DNA of 64,000 bases from an uncultured Saprospiraceae bacterium (GCA_964641965.1 CAZXLD010000015.1:17516-81515), one strand, 5' to 3'; counted from the first letter of the stretch, positions 45,474 to 54,905 are shown. The notes: generated by a model from the letters alone, not told the origin. Numbers and translations are program-made.

Positions 45474-46657
45474 TGAAACCCAAAAAAACACTCGGTTTTT
45501 TCTTGACCAGCTTGCTATTAGGTTTAACCTGCCAAGCCTTTTGCCAACTGGATAGTCTGGTAGAATTGAAACTGGTTTTCGCCGGCGATATCATGGGCCA
45601 TGATAGCCAGATTGAAGCTGCGCAGATCAAGAAGGACAGCCTGTACGATTATTCCAAATGTTTTGCTTACGTTTCACCCATACTCAAAGAAAAGGATCTT
45701 GCTATTGGGAATCTTGAACTTACCTTACCCGGTGAGCCACCGTATCAAGGCTACCCACAGTTCAGGAGTCCGGATGAGCTTGCCTTGGCCTTGCGTTATT
45801 CGGGATTCAACGTACTGGTTACGGCGAATAATCACTCTAATGATGCCGGCCCACAAGGGCTACGCTCCACTTTAGAAACCCTGGATAACTATCATTTCCA
45901 TCATACCGGTACTTTCCGGAATCCTTTTGAAAGAGAGGCGTACTATCCCCTGTTGATCTACCGAAATCAATTCAAGATCGCAATATTAAATTATACGTAT
46001 GGAACCAATGGCATTCCTACCAAGTCGCCTACCATTGTAAATCGGATAGATACAAGCTTGATCCGTAAAGACATGAGACAAGCCGAGCAATTAAATCCGG
46101 ATTTTACTATTGTAATTTTACACTGGGGAAAGGAATACCAAACGATCGAAAACGCCAAACAAAAGGCATTGGCAACTAAGCTGATCCAGTGGGGAGCTGA
46201 CTTAATTATTGGTTCTCATCCCCACGTCGTACAACCTATACGGGAAGAAAGGATTCATGACAAAAAGGATAGGGTGAGGTCGGCTTTGGTGGTTTATTCC
46301 TTGGGAAATTTCATCTCAGGGCAAACTAAGAAATACACCAACGGAGGTCTACTTTTCGAGGCTACTCTGCAGAAAAATATTAATTCCGGACAAACAATAT
46401 TAGCGAAGCACCATTACATCCCGTGTTACCGCTATAGATCCAGGGATTCAACTGGTAAGCGGCAATTTGCCGTACTACCCATAATGCCCTATCTAGAACA
46501 ATCCCCCCGGAACTTGACGCTATCCGAAACCCATCGAAATGCAATGCAAGCCTACCGGAAACATGTAATGGATGTCATGGTGGGGAGTGATGGCAAGGAA
46601 CGAAAATTTACTTCTACCGAATGGAGTGGCATGCTTGAAAACGGGACCACCAAATGA
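45473..46657 (+). CDS. CapA/PGA_cap-family metallophosphoesterase-like protein, secreted
   Basis: Signal peptide FFLTSLLLGLTCQAFC. Motifs AGDIMGHD, IGNLELTL, TANNHSNDAG, ILHWGKEY and GADLIIGSHPHVVQP. Confidence 0.7.
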   Translation: MKPKKTLGFFLTSLLLGLTCQAFCQLDSLVELKLVFAGDIMGHDSQIEAAQIKKDSLYDYSKCFAYVSPILKEKDLAIGNLELTLPGEPPYQGYPQFRSPDELALALRYSGFNVLVTANNHSNDAGPQGLRSTLETLDNYHFHHTGTFRNPFEREAYYPLLIYRNQFKIAILNYTYGTNGIPTKSPTIVNRIDTSLIRKDMRQAEQLNPDFTIVILHWGKEYQTIENAKQKALATKLIQWGADLIIGSHPHVVQPIREERIHDKKDRVRSALVVYSLGNFISGQTKKYTNGGLLFEATLQKNINSGQTILAKHHYIPCYRYRSRDSTGKRQFAVLPIMPYLEQSPRNLTLSETHRNAMQAYRKHVMDVMVGSDGKERKFTSTEWSGMLENGTTK

Positions 46658-47145
46658 TCATATCTGCTATCGTAGCCGTAAGTCGAAACGGTTTTATTGG
46701 GAAGAACAACCAAATTCCCTGGTATCTGCCCGCCGATCTCAAATATTTTAAGCGGACTACCTTGCACCACCACATTATTATGGGTCGCAAAAGCTACCTC
46801 TCCATTGGCCGACCTCTTCCAAAGCGGGAAAATATTGTGGTGAGCAGAGACCCATTTCTGGTGGTAAATGGATGTACGGTAGTTCATTCTATAGAGGAGG
46901 CTATCCAATTTGCCAAGGACCATGGTGAGGAAGAAGCTTTTATCATTGGAGGCGGGGAGATTTATAGGCAAAGTGTACCCCTTTGGGACCGGCTGTATTT
47001 GACCGAGGTAGATATAGAAGTAGAAGGGGACGTACGATTTGTAGAATGGGATTCAAAAGAATGGCAACTGGTTAGCGAAGACAACCATTCACCTGATGAA
47101 AAGAATGAATTTGCTTACAGTTTTAAAATTTACGACCGATTTTAA
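46654..47145 (+). CDS. folA: Dihydrofolate reductase
   Basis: ISAIVAVSRNGFIGKNNQIPWYLPADLKYFKRTT, IMGRKSY and FIIGGGEIY motifs. 163 aa. Confidence 0.9.
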   Translation: MIISAIVAVSRNGFIGKNNQIPWYLPADLKYFKRTTLHHHIIMGRKSYLSIGRPLPKRENIVVSRDPFLVVNGCTVVHSIEEAIQFAKDHGEEEAFIIGGGEIYRQSVPLWDRLYLTEVDIEVEGDVRFVEWDSKEWQLVSEDNHSPDEKNEFAYSFKIYDRF

Positions 47146-47196
47146 AATAATTTGTTTAAATTAACCCTTCTTTAAAACACGACTAAACCCCATTTT

Positions 47197-48531
47197 GTGA
47201 AAGAAGAGTTGCTCCATTACGTGTGGCGCCTCGGCCGTTTTGATCATACTGGTCTCCTAACCACACAACAAACTACCCTTACAATAATCAAAAAGGGTAT
47301 TTCCAATACTAATGCCGGTCCAGACTTTCTCGAAGCGAAAGTTAAGATTGGCCCTACTACCTGGATGGGATCAGTTGAAATGCACCTCCGATCTTCGGAT
47401 TGGTATCGACATCAACACCACCTGGATCCAGCTTACAAGAACGTAGTACTCCATGTTGTATTAGAGGAGGATGAACCCGTTTTTCATCCCAGCGGAGAAC
47501 GAATCCCCTGCCTGGAATTAAAAAGCAGGATTGAACCTAAACTTAAAAACAGGTATCAACAGCTGATTAATCAAGAGCATTGGATTCCCTGCCAGCCTGT
47601 TTTCCCCAACATGGCATCAGAAAAGCTGGAGTTTTGGTTACAGCGTCTAGCTATCGAACGCTTACAAGATAAAACCAGGGCTATTTCCCACCTCCTGGAA
47701 CAACAAAAAGGGGACTGGGAGGCTATGTTGTTTCAGGTAATCACCTTGGTACTCTTGGGGAAAGTAAACCAAAGTGCTGCTGAAAGATGGGCAGCAAGCC
47801 TTCCTATACCCTTGGTCCGGAAATATCGGCACCGCCTGTTTTTGCTGGAAGCCTTATTCTTTGGTCATGCAGGCTTGGTTGCGGCCGAAGGAGAGCCCTA
47901 CCCAAACGATTTAGAGCGTGAATACACCTATCTGAAAAAGAAACATGGGTTAAAACCAATAAATGGTTCCTGTTGGAAATTCATGCGAATGAGACCCGCT
48001 AATTTCCCGACTTTACGACTAGCTCAGCTGGCAACACTTTGGCATTGCAATGATCATCTATTTGAAAAAGTACTCGCCGCCTCTAACCTGAAAGAAATAG
48101 AAAATCTTTTCACGGTAGAAGTCTCTCAATACTGGAAAACGCATTTTCGCTTTGGCAAATCGTCTGCACCAAAGAATAAACGTTTGGGCAAACAGACCCT
48201 CCACCTCTTGGCTATTAATGCAGTGGCTCCCTTACAGTTTTTGTACGGACAAATGCGGCACCGACCCGAACTGAAAGACCGGGCCATCCAGCTCTGGGAA
48301 GAGACGCCGGGAGAAAATAATTCGGTTTCACGAAAATGGTCCACCTTGGGTATGCATGTGGAATCAGCCTTCCAATCTCAAGCGCTACTGCACCTCAAAT
48401 CCAAGTACTGTAGTCAGATTCGTTGCCTTGAATGCCAGATCGGCCAAACTATTTTGTCCGTCGACCACCCCGAATCCGTTCAATCAAACCAGTCTGCTCA
48501 GTCCAATAGGCCAATGGAAAAACCCAAATAA
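47197..48531 (+). CDS. DUF2851-like protein
   Basis: The GTG-initiated MKEELLHYVWRLGRFD opening and the ..NAGPDFLEAKVKIG..W.GSVEMHLRSSDWYRHQHH pattern match the Bacteroidota DUF2851 family as I recall it. Confidence 0.65.
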   Translation: MKEELLHYVWRLGRFDHTGLLTTQQTTLTIIKKGISNTNAGPDFLEAKVKIGPTTWMGSVEMHLRSSDWYRHQHHLDPAYKNVVLHVVLEEDEPVFHPSGERIPCLELKSRIEPKLKNRYQQLINQEHWIPCQPVFPNMASEKLEFWLQRLAIERLQDKTRAISHLLEQQKGDWEAMLFQVITLVLLGKVNQSAAERWAASLPIPLVRKYRHRLFLLEALFFGHAGLVAAEGEPYPNDLEREYTYLKKKHGLKPINGSCWKFMRMRPANFPTLRLAQLATLWHCNDHLFEKVLAASNLKEIENLFTVEVSQYWKTHFRFGKSSAPKNKRLGKQTLHLLAINAVAPLQFLYGQMRHRPELKDRAIQLWEETPGENNSVSRKWSTLGMHVESAFQSQALLHLKSKYCSQIRCLECQIGQTILSVDHPESVQSNQSAQSNRPMEKPK

Positions 48532-49261
48532 GAGCAGGCAAAAGGTTTTCCAAGTTAAGCCTTACGATATCCAATAACTGAAAACCAATTCCAATAATTA
48601 GAACGCCTCCAACGGAGGAAAGCAGATCTAGACGAATCGGATTCATAAAAGGTTTCAACCGAACAGCTAGTAGGGTTATTCCTCCCTGGACAATCAACAT
48701 TGGGATTACAGAGAAAAGAACTCCAACACCAAAAGAGGCAGCTAGCGCTACAGAAGAGAACCCATCCAGCATACTTTTGATTAAGAGTAATTCTCGTCTT
48801 CCCTCCAGGCCCTCTTCCAAAGCACCAAGTATAGTGACAGAACCAACGCAAAAAAGTAAGAATGCGGTAATTAAGCCTTCAGTAAATCTTGGATTTCCAA
48901 TAGATAACCTAGCCTTAAGCGCTTCACTTGAGGCATTTAAGGCCTCCTGGATACCAAGTAATTCTCCAGAAAACCCACCCAAAATGAGGCTGAACAGAAA
49001 AACTAATAAATAACCATCTGGAAGGCGAAGCGCCATTTTCATGCCAAGCAATAAGGTGCCTAACCCAATTGCTTGAAAAAGAATTGACTGTAAGTTTTCT
49101 GAAAAGATTCCACCCAAAGCCAGGCCAGCTGTACCCCCTAGAAGCACTGCCACCATATTAACGAAAGTGGCAATCGGGAGGTGAGTCTTTTGCAATCTCT
49201 TCGGTTTTAATTTGAAGGAACGAAAATGCAAAAAAGAATTGGAAGACCATTTTGGTACCAT
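48449..49261 (-). CDS. DUF554-like membrane protein (start uncertain)
   Basis: IATFVNMVAVLLGGTAGLALG and the repeated Gly-rich TM pattern resemble the YdfK/YqgA-type DUF554 family. The N-terminal ~30 aa of the track ORF are probably not translated. The 3' end overlaps the convergent DUF2851 gene by 83 nt. Confidence 0.6.
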   Translation of the reverse strand: MVPKWSSNSFLHFRSFKLKPKRLQKTHLPIATFVNMVAVLLGGTAGLALGGIFSENLQSILFQAIGLGTLLLGMKMALRLPDGYLLVFLFSLILGGFSGELLGIQEALNASSEALKARLSIGNPRFTEGLITAFLLFCVGSVTILGALEEGLEGRRELLLIKSMLDGFSSVALAASFGVGVLFSVIPMLIVQGGITLLAVRLKPFMNPIRLDLLSSVGGVLIIGIGFQLLDIVRLNLENLLPALIWVFPLAYWTEQTGLIERIRGGRRTK

Positions 49262-49326
49262 GCCTCGAATTCTATGTCGAAAGAAGAGACCGCATGTTTA
49301 TCGTTTTTACCATTTTTACAAAGCCT

Positions 49327-50394
49327 ATGGTCGATAATATTGTTTTACGTATACTATTGGCTCCTTTTTCTTTGCTCTATGGATTAGGAGTCAGCTTCAG
49401 ATCGTTCCTATATCGAAAAGGGTATTTGCGATCGGTTGCTTTTTCCATTCCAGTTATATCGGTGGGCAACTTGTCTGTTGGTGGGGCAGGTAAAACGCCT
49501 CATGTGGAATACCTGATCCGCCTGTTAAGAGATTACATCAACGTGGCCACTCTGAGTAGAGGATACGGGCGAAAAAGCAGGGGCTTTAAGTGGGTACATC
49601 GTCAGATGAATGCCGACGAAGCTGGTGATGAGCCGTTGCAATACAAAAGAAAATTTGAAGGAATCTGGGTAGCTGTTGGAGAAAGTCGAACACTGGCAAT
49701 CCCTGAAATGCTCAGCGGTCAGCCAGATCTGCAAGTAATCATTTTGGATGATGCTTTTCAGCACTTGGCCATCCGCCCTGGATTGAATATCCTACTCTCG
49801 GAATACAGTTATCCATTTACGACCGACTGGTTACTCCCAAGCGGACGCTTGAGAGAATGGCGCTCAGGCTACAAACGAGCAGATCTCATCATCGTCAGCA
49901 AATGTCCTGTTGACCTCACTATGGATGAAGCAAGAAAACTGAAAGAAAGTATCGATCCAACACCAAATCAACAGATCTTTTTTTCCTACTATCAATACAG
50001 TTCGCCTTATTCCTACTACGATCCCAGGATTTTACTTTCCTCTTGGGAAGGGCTTGAGATACTATTGGTTACCGGGATTGCACGAACAGATTACCTGGCC
50101 AGTTATCTGGAACAACTCCCTATCCGGTTTCATCAACTAGAATTTACAGATCACCATGCCTTTACAGAGTCCGATATGGAACGCATCCTAAAAGCCTTTC
50201 GACAACTTCCATCCGAAAAAAAGATCTTACTCACTACCGAAAAGGATGCCATGCGCCTGGAAAAATTCAGGAACTTCCTAGCTATCGAACAAGTACCCAC
50301 CTACATACTACCAGTACAGGTGGCCTTCCATTTTGACCAGGGACCAGATTTTGATGCAACCATCCAAAGTTTCTTGCTTGCCTTTACATCTTGA
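49327..50394 (+). CDS. lpxK: Tetraacyldisaccharide 4'-kinase
   Basis: P-loop context ISVGNLSVGGAGKTPHVEYL, plus SRGYGRKS and ILDDAFQH motifs. The start is set at the ATG at 49327 (MVDNIVLRILLAPFSLLYG). Confidence 0.85.
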   Translation: MVDNIVLRILLAPFSLLYGLGVSFRSFLYRKGYLRSVAFSIPVISVGNLSVGGAGKTPHVEYLIRLLRDYINVATLSRGYGRKSRGFKWVHRQMNADEAGDEPLQYKRKFEGIWVAVGESRTLAIPEMLSGQPDLQVIILDDAFQHLAIRPGLNILLSEYSYPFTTDWLLPSGRLREWRSGYKRADLIIVSKCPVDLTMDEARKLKESIDPTPNQQIFFSYYQYSSPYSYYDPRILLSSWEGLEILLVTGIARTDYLASYLEQLPIRFHQLEFTDHHAFTESDMERILKAFRQLPSEKKILLTTEKDAMRLEKFRNFLAIEQVPTYILPVQVAFHFDQGPDFDATIQSFLLAFTS

Positions 50395-50971
50395 AGGCTG
50401 TATACACAATTTGCTCTCCTTTTGAAAAGGAAGCTGGCTAGAAAAAACTCCAGGGCATAAAACTTGGCACAACAACCCGTACCCTAATCCAATCCGACCA
50501 CTCCTTTACTATTAGGTAGGTAATCAATAACTCAATCGACCGATCCATGAAGGTTATATTGGACATAAAAAAAGAATCCTCGAAATTGGATTGATAAGAG
50601 TACATTAATCCCATGATGCTCTGAACCGAAATGAGCATTGTCTAGTGGGATGAGATTTACTTACTCCTCCCTTTGGACATACAATCTGAATTGCGCCGTT
50701 ACCTTAATTGGATTTTGATATTCATGCCAATGCGTGTACTCGTTATCATTAATTCAAGTCTACAGGGGCTTGATTTTAATACCGATTTATATTGAGAAGG
50801 TCGCAAATTAAAACAGGCTAATCAAGACATGAGCGAGCGTAAGCTCGTGAACCGCGAAGCAGATGAGTAGGCCAGGCATAGCCTAAGCTCTGGGATCTGC
50901 GCATTCAGTAGAGGAATCAAGAAGTCAGACAAACAAATACAGATAGGTTTTAGGAAGTATGAACCCACGCT

Positions 50972-51001
50972 CGCCCTCCCCCCCTTGGGCGGGCTTTTTT
51001 T
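50972..51001 (+). terminator. Strong plus-strand intrinsic terminator in a convergent intergenic region
   Basis: GCCCTCCC-CCCCTT-GGGCGGGC (4 bp, one mismatch, then 3 bp of G:C pairs) is followed immediately by seven Ts (50995..51001). No annotated plus-strand gene ends within 580 nt upstream. Confidence 0.55.
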
Positions 51002-51029
51002 ATCCCCACCTCAGTTCTACTTCTACAGT

Positions 51030-52616
51030 TTACCCAAATAGTTTTATTTCAGTCTCGGGAACATGGATTGTCCTATGGTCAACTGTACGATCCTCGATAT
51101 CCGCTGCTCCATTTTCCAACCTTAGGACCCCTCGAGGACAAACAGCAGAGCAAATTCCGCAACCTACACAAGAAGCCCGTACGATATTCTGTCCCTTCTG
51201 CGCATAAGCCCTTACATCGATTCCCATTTCACAATACGTACTACAATTCCCGCAGGAAATACACTGACCTCCATTTGTTGTAATTCTAAAGCGGCTGAAA
51301 AAACGTTGCTGAATTCCTAAAATGGCAGCCATGGGACAACCGAAACGGCACCAAACCCGACTTCCCATTAAGGGATAAAAACCAACACCAACTACGCCAC
51401 TGAATATGGCACCGATCAAGAAACCGTACCATGACCGAAGCTGGTAGCTTTGAACAAAGAAAGGATGGCGCCCCCCACCTAAATGAGCAAACCAGAGAAG
51501 CCCCAGAATAACACCACCGAAAACCAAAGCCAGTTGCTTTGCCCGGGGATCAAAATCCCGAAAGCGTTGCTTATCCAAGAATAACCAGGCTCCCAATCCA
51601 CCGATCAATAAAGTGGTAAAACCCACAAAAAAGTCTCTGGAAAACCATACGCTTTCCCCTTGGTCTGAGAAATACGAATAAAGCACCCCTATAGTCATGA
51701 CCACTACGAATACCAGAACACCATGGATTAGCCAACGCTCAATTTGCCAGGCACGCAATGACTTATCCGAAAGATGGCGAAATGGATCACCTGCAGTTTC
51801 TGCCAGCCCTCCACATCCACACACCCAAGAGCAATACCAACGCTTTCCAAAAAAGTAGGTAAGGATTGGCGAGATTACGAAGATCATTGCAACTCCGAAG
51901 ATCAACATGAATAAACCAAAGGCGCCGCTATTAATCATGCCATTCAAATTCCAATCGAAGAAGAAATAATAGTTAAGCGGCCACATATTTTTGAAATCAT
52001 TGTACGGTTGATTTAATCGAAGCATGATTTCAGGCAAAAGAAATGCAAACCCCGTCTGGAAAAACATAACCGAAAGGGTCCGAATTACCTGGTACCTGTT
52101 GTGCCTATATTTCCAAATGAACTTGATCCCAAACAGCAGTATCGCAAGGGTATATAATGTGCCGTAAACGAACCATTGACTTGCCGGTTGACCTTTCAGG
52201 AATTGGCTAAGCGGATCAAACAAGGCAACCAGTCCCGTATTCGCGTTCCCGTTTTCTCCAAGCCCTAAATACGAAGGGTAAAAATAGAGCAGTACGTAAA
52301 AGCCCGTAATTATGATGCCCGCTACCCATGCCCACAAGCCCCGGTGTGTGAGTGAGGTCAGGAAGTTTCCATTATTTTTAATGCCCTCCGGATGTAACAT
52401 GTAGGCCCTCCAAGAAAAGCCAATCACCCCAACGGTCATTAAACCAAGTGACAAACCAAGCCAGGCAGCATACCCGCTGGGTAAGGTGCCGAATCCGGCC
52501 AGGAATAGGATAAGCAACCCTATTCCTCCAATGGCAGCAAAAGCTTTTTGCGGACGATCAGTAAACGGATGCCCGGAAGCTGCCAGGGAAAGACTATGAT
52601 CAATTGATTGGCTCAT
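51030..52616 (-). CDS. Polytopic membrane polyferredoxin (NapH/CcoG-like 4Fe-4S binding protein)
   Basis: About 10 hydrophobic helices. Cys motifs are YCSWVCGCGGL, WCRFGCPMAA, CISCGNCSTYCEMG and CVGCGICSAVCPRG. Confidence 0.75.
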   Translation of the reverse strand: MSQSIDHSLSLAASGHPFTDRPQKAFAAIGGIGLLILFLAGFGTLPSGYAAWLGLSLGLMTVGVIGFSWRAYMLHPEGIKNNGNFLTSLTHRGLWAWVAGIIITGFYVLLYFYPSYLGLGENGNANTGLVALFDPLSQFLKGQPASQWFVYGTLYTLAILLFGIKFIWKYRHNRYQVIRTLSVMFFQTGFAFLLPEIMLRLNQPYNDFKNMWPLNYYFFFDWNLNGMINSGAFGLFMLIFGVAMIFVISPILTYFFGKRWYCSWVCGCGGLAETAGDPFRHLSDKSLRAWQIERWLIHGVLVFVVVMTIGVLYSYFSDQGESVWFSRDFFVGFTTLLIGGLGAWLFLDKQRFRDFDPRAKQLALVFGGVILGLLWFAHLGGGRHPFFVQSYQLRSWYGFLIGAIFSGVVGVGFYPLMGSRVWCRFGCPMAAILGIQQRFFSRFRITTNGGQCISCGNCSTYCEMGIDVRAYAQKGQNIVRASCVGCGICSAVCPRGVLRLENGAADIEDRTVDHRTIHVPETEIKLFG

Positions 52617-52649
52617 AATGAGGCTTGAATTTTAGGGAAAAGGAAAAAA

Positions 52650-53987
52650 TTAAGCTTGGAGAAAAGAGAACACCTGATTCCAGCTTCTTTTCTTTTTTAT
52701 AGCAATCGGAACACCTGTTTTATCTGTGAATTGGCTGGCTACGTGCTGCTCATATTCATGAAAAAACTCCGGATCGAAGTTGGCCAGACGCAAGTTTGGC
52801 AGTACCTCCGGTACTGTTTTTTCTTCCCGAAGCCATTTTTCACATACTTCGTGCCGAAACCGAATACCCATAAGTTGGAAACCTTTGATGATGAGGCTTT
52901 CCTGTTCATAAACTATACGTACGCTCTTTTTACCATCTGTAGCTTCCCAATAAAGCGTATCGTAATTGGATGGCAGCTTGACGGGCACCTCCCCGTAAAT
53001 CTGATACTCAATGTCAAAAAATTTGGCCGAGTTAAACCAGATTCCAGGATCATAAGCTACCGGATTCCCACAAATTCCATGAGCCACAGTTTCTCCCATC
53101 ATCCGGCCGGTGTACCAAACGGCTTCAATGGGCCTTCTTCCGGGTTTAGGTTCGCGTATCTGGGCACAATCTCCAATAGCATATACGTCGGGTAGATTTG
53201 TTTGCAGATATGCATCTACCAAAATTCCTTTCTGAACTTCCAGTGGTGAATCCTTTAAAAACCCTATCGAGGGGTGTACGCCGGCAGTCAGACCAACAAA
53301 TTGGCATTCTATTTGGTCACCGTGATTTGTAACCACTGCCCCTGCGGCCCCGGTGCCATCATCCATAATTTCCTTGAGCTCTGTTTTTAATCGAAGGTCG
53401 ATGCCATGTTCTCTTATGTGACGATTGATCATTTCGGATTCCTCCGGAGGAATTACGGCGTTCCAAAAACTGGCTTCTCGCACCAAGAAGGTAACCGGTA
53501 TATGCCTGGAATGGAACATTTCCGCCATTTCAATCCCGATCAAACCTCCTCCGACAATAACTGCTCTTTCGAGATTCTCACTGGCATCCAGCATACCCTG
53601 TAAGTCCTGGTAGCTTACCATACCTTGTACCCGGCGTAAATCTTGACCCGGCCAACCAAATTTATTGGGAGAAGAACCCAATGCCAGTACCAACTTGTCA
53701 TAGGAGATCACCTTTTCCTGGGTTGTACGCAATTGTTTTTTTTCGAAATCAATGTTATCAATCCAGGCCCGAACCAGGTGAATCCGGTTTTGTTCCCAGA
53801 ACCAATCCTGATATGGCTTGGTATCTTCAAACCTCATGTGCCCCATGTAAATGTACATTAGAGCCGTTCGGGAGAAGAAATGGTCGGTCTCTCCGGAAAT
53901 CACAGTGATATCATGATCACTAAATTTTCGAATAAAACGAGCAGCCGTAATCCCACTGATCCCGTTGCCGAGTATTGCAATATGCAT
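52650..53987 (-). CDS. FAD/NAD(P)-dependent pyridine-nucleotide-disulfide-family oxidoreductase
   Basis: MHIAILGNGISGITAA (FAD fold), AVIVGGGLIGIEMA (NAD(P) fold) and YAIGDCA motifs. It lies 33 nt upstream of the polyferredoxin gene. Confidence 0.8.
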   Translation of the reverse strand: MHIAILGNGISGITAARFIRKFSDHDITVISGETDHFFSRTALMYIYMGHMRFEDTKPYQDWFWEQNRIHLVRAWIDNIDFEKKQLRTTQEKVISYDKLVLALGSSPNKFGWPGQDLRRVQGMVSYQDLQGMLDASENLERAVIVGGGLIGIEMAEMFHSRHIPVTFLVREASFWNAVIPPEESEMINRHIREHGIDLRLKTELKEIMDDGTGAAGAVVTNHGDQIECQFVGLTAGVHPSIGFLKDSPLEVQKGILVDAYLQTNLPDVYAIGDCAQIREPKPGRRPIEAVWYTGRMMGETVAHGICGNPVAYDPGIWFNSAKFFDIEYQIYGEVPVKLPSNYDTLYWEATDGKKSVRIVYEQESLIIKGFQLMGIRFRHEVCEKWLREEKTVPEVLPNLRLANFDPEFFHEYEQHVASQFTDKTGVPIAIKKKRSWNQVFSFLQA

Positions 53988-54191
53988 GTTGAAAGATGGG
54001 TTTGAAGTTCATTGCGCTGATAACACCTGTAAGTTGATAAAAAATTAGGCCTGCTCCCTACCCCGAGCTGTCCAGAAACAGACACTTGTAGAAAACAAGT
54101 TTAAACTTTAATATCTTCTTTTTTCTGTTTTGTTAAAAAGTCTAGACAGGAGAATTGGGTTCGAACAACGGAATAGATGAAGTCAACCCTG

Positions 54192-54257
54192 AAAAAATCC
54201 AGCTGGTAATCTCAGTCAATGCTTTTTACAGCTAGCTGATTACCAGATATCATTTTT
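54192..54257 (-). terminator. Hairpin with flanking A- and T-runs downstream of queD (possibly bidirectional)
   Basis: The 9-bp stem is CTGGTAATC (54203..54211) pairing with GATTACCAG (54238..54246), with a 26-nt loop. AAAAAA lies at 54192..54197 and TTTTTT at 54252..54257. The large loop lowers confidence. Confidence 0.4.
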
Positions 54258-54359
54258 TCACAATGAGTCGCAAACTTTGTGTAAGCAAGGAGAAAAGTAA
54301 ATGGATCTTTTACAGCTGGAACAGTTTTATCCAAGCAGAACTTGGCCCATCAAATGCTG

Positions 54360-54770
54360 CTACATAGCAGGATATTCAACATAGTTACGTGGAGTTTCGT
54401 ACAGGCGTACACCTAACTCATACTTTTGATCCAGCTTTTTACGCAACAAGCTCCAAATGACAAAACAGATATTTTCAGCAGTGGGGTTCAGCTCTTTGAA
54501 CTCTATCGTATCCAGATTTAAATTCTTGTGATCGAAACGATCCTCTATTTCTGTCTTGATCAGATCTTTTAGGACTTTTAGATCAATCAGGTAGCCGGTT
54601 TCCTGATCAACTTCCCCTGTCACTTTTACTTCCAGATCATAGTTATGACCGTGATAATGTGGACTATTACACAAGCCGAAAACCTCTTCATTTTTTTTGT
54701 TATCCCAGTTCGGATTATGTAGCCGGTGGGCTGCATTGAAATGGGCTTTCCGGAAAGCAGAAATTCTCAT
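54360..54770 (-). CDS. queD: 6-carboxy-5,6,7,8-tetrahydropterin synthase (PTPS-family)
   Basis: FNAAHRLHNP, CNSPHYHGHNY (Cys plus the HGH zinc/catalytic motif) and LYETPRNYVEY. 136 aa. Confidence 0.85.
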   Translation of the reverse strand: MRISAFRKAHFNAAHRLHNPNWDNKKNEEVFGLCNSPHYHGHNYDLEVKVTGEVDQETGYLIDLKVLKDLIKTEIEDRFDHKNLNLDTIEFKELNPTAENICFVIWSLLRKKLDQKYELGVRLYETPRNYVEYPAM

Positions 54771-54905
54771 AATTCAGATTTTCCATCTAAACAACAGGAA
54801 GCTGAATGGGTTGAATCTCTTTTTGCAGGATCTGATTATCCCGCTCCGGATTGAGGTGCCCTGGTTTCGTTTATTTGATTATTTTTAGGGAATAATTTTT
54901 TCGTA

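Noticed and set aside
48449-48531. An 83-nt convergent 3' overlap between the DUF2851-like and DUF554-like genes (and a 61-nt overlap at 1049..1109), which could hint at a frameshift or mis-assembly.
   Set aside because: Both reading frames are intact. The overlapped tails are low-complexity extensions beyond the conserved cores. This is most simply late stop codons, not a pseudogene.
50438-50638. 66-aa minus-strand ORF in the lpxK / polyferredoxin gap.
   Set aside because: It has no motif, odd composition, sits in an AT-rich stretch where random ORFs are expected, and has no start context. It is kept only as part of the candidate-sRNA gap.
50766-51001. tmRNA-like strings (GGGGCTTGATTT... 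and GTCGCAAA, as in the E. coli ssrA 5' end and resume region).
   Set aside because: There is no tRNA-like 3' end (no GGTTCGA-type T-arm, no CCA end). The would-be tag frame GCA AAT TAA is only two codons, and the element is about 235 nt, too short for tmRNA.
54157-54166. GGGTTCGAAC, resembling a tRNA T-loop.
   Set aside because: No complementary T-stem, acceptor stem or anticodon arm can be drawn around it. I found no tRNA in any intergenic region of the window.
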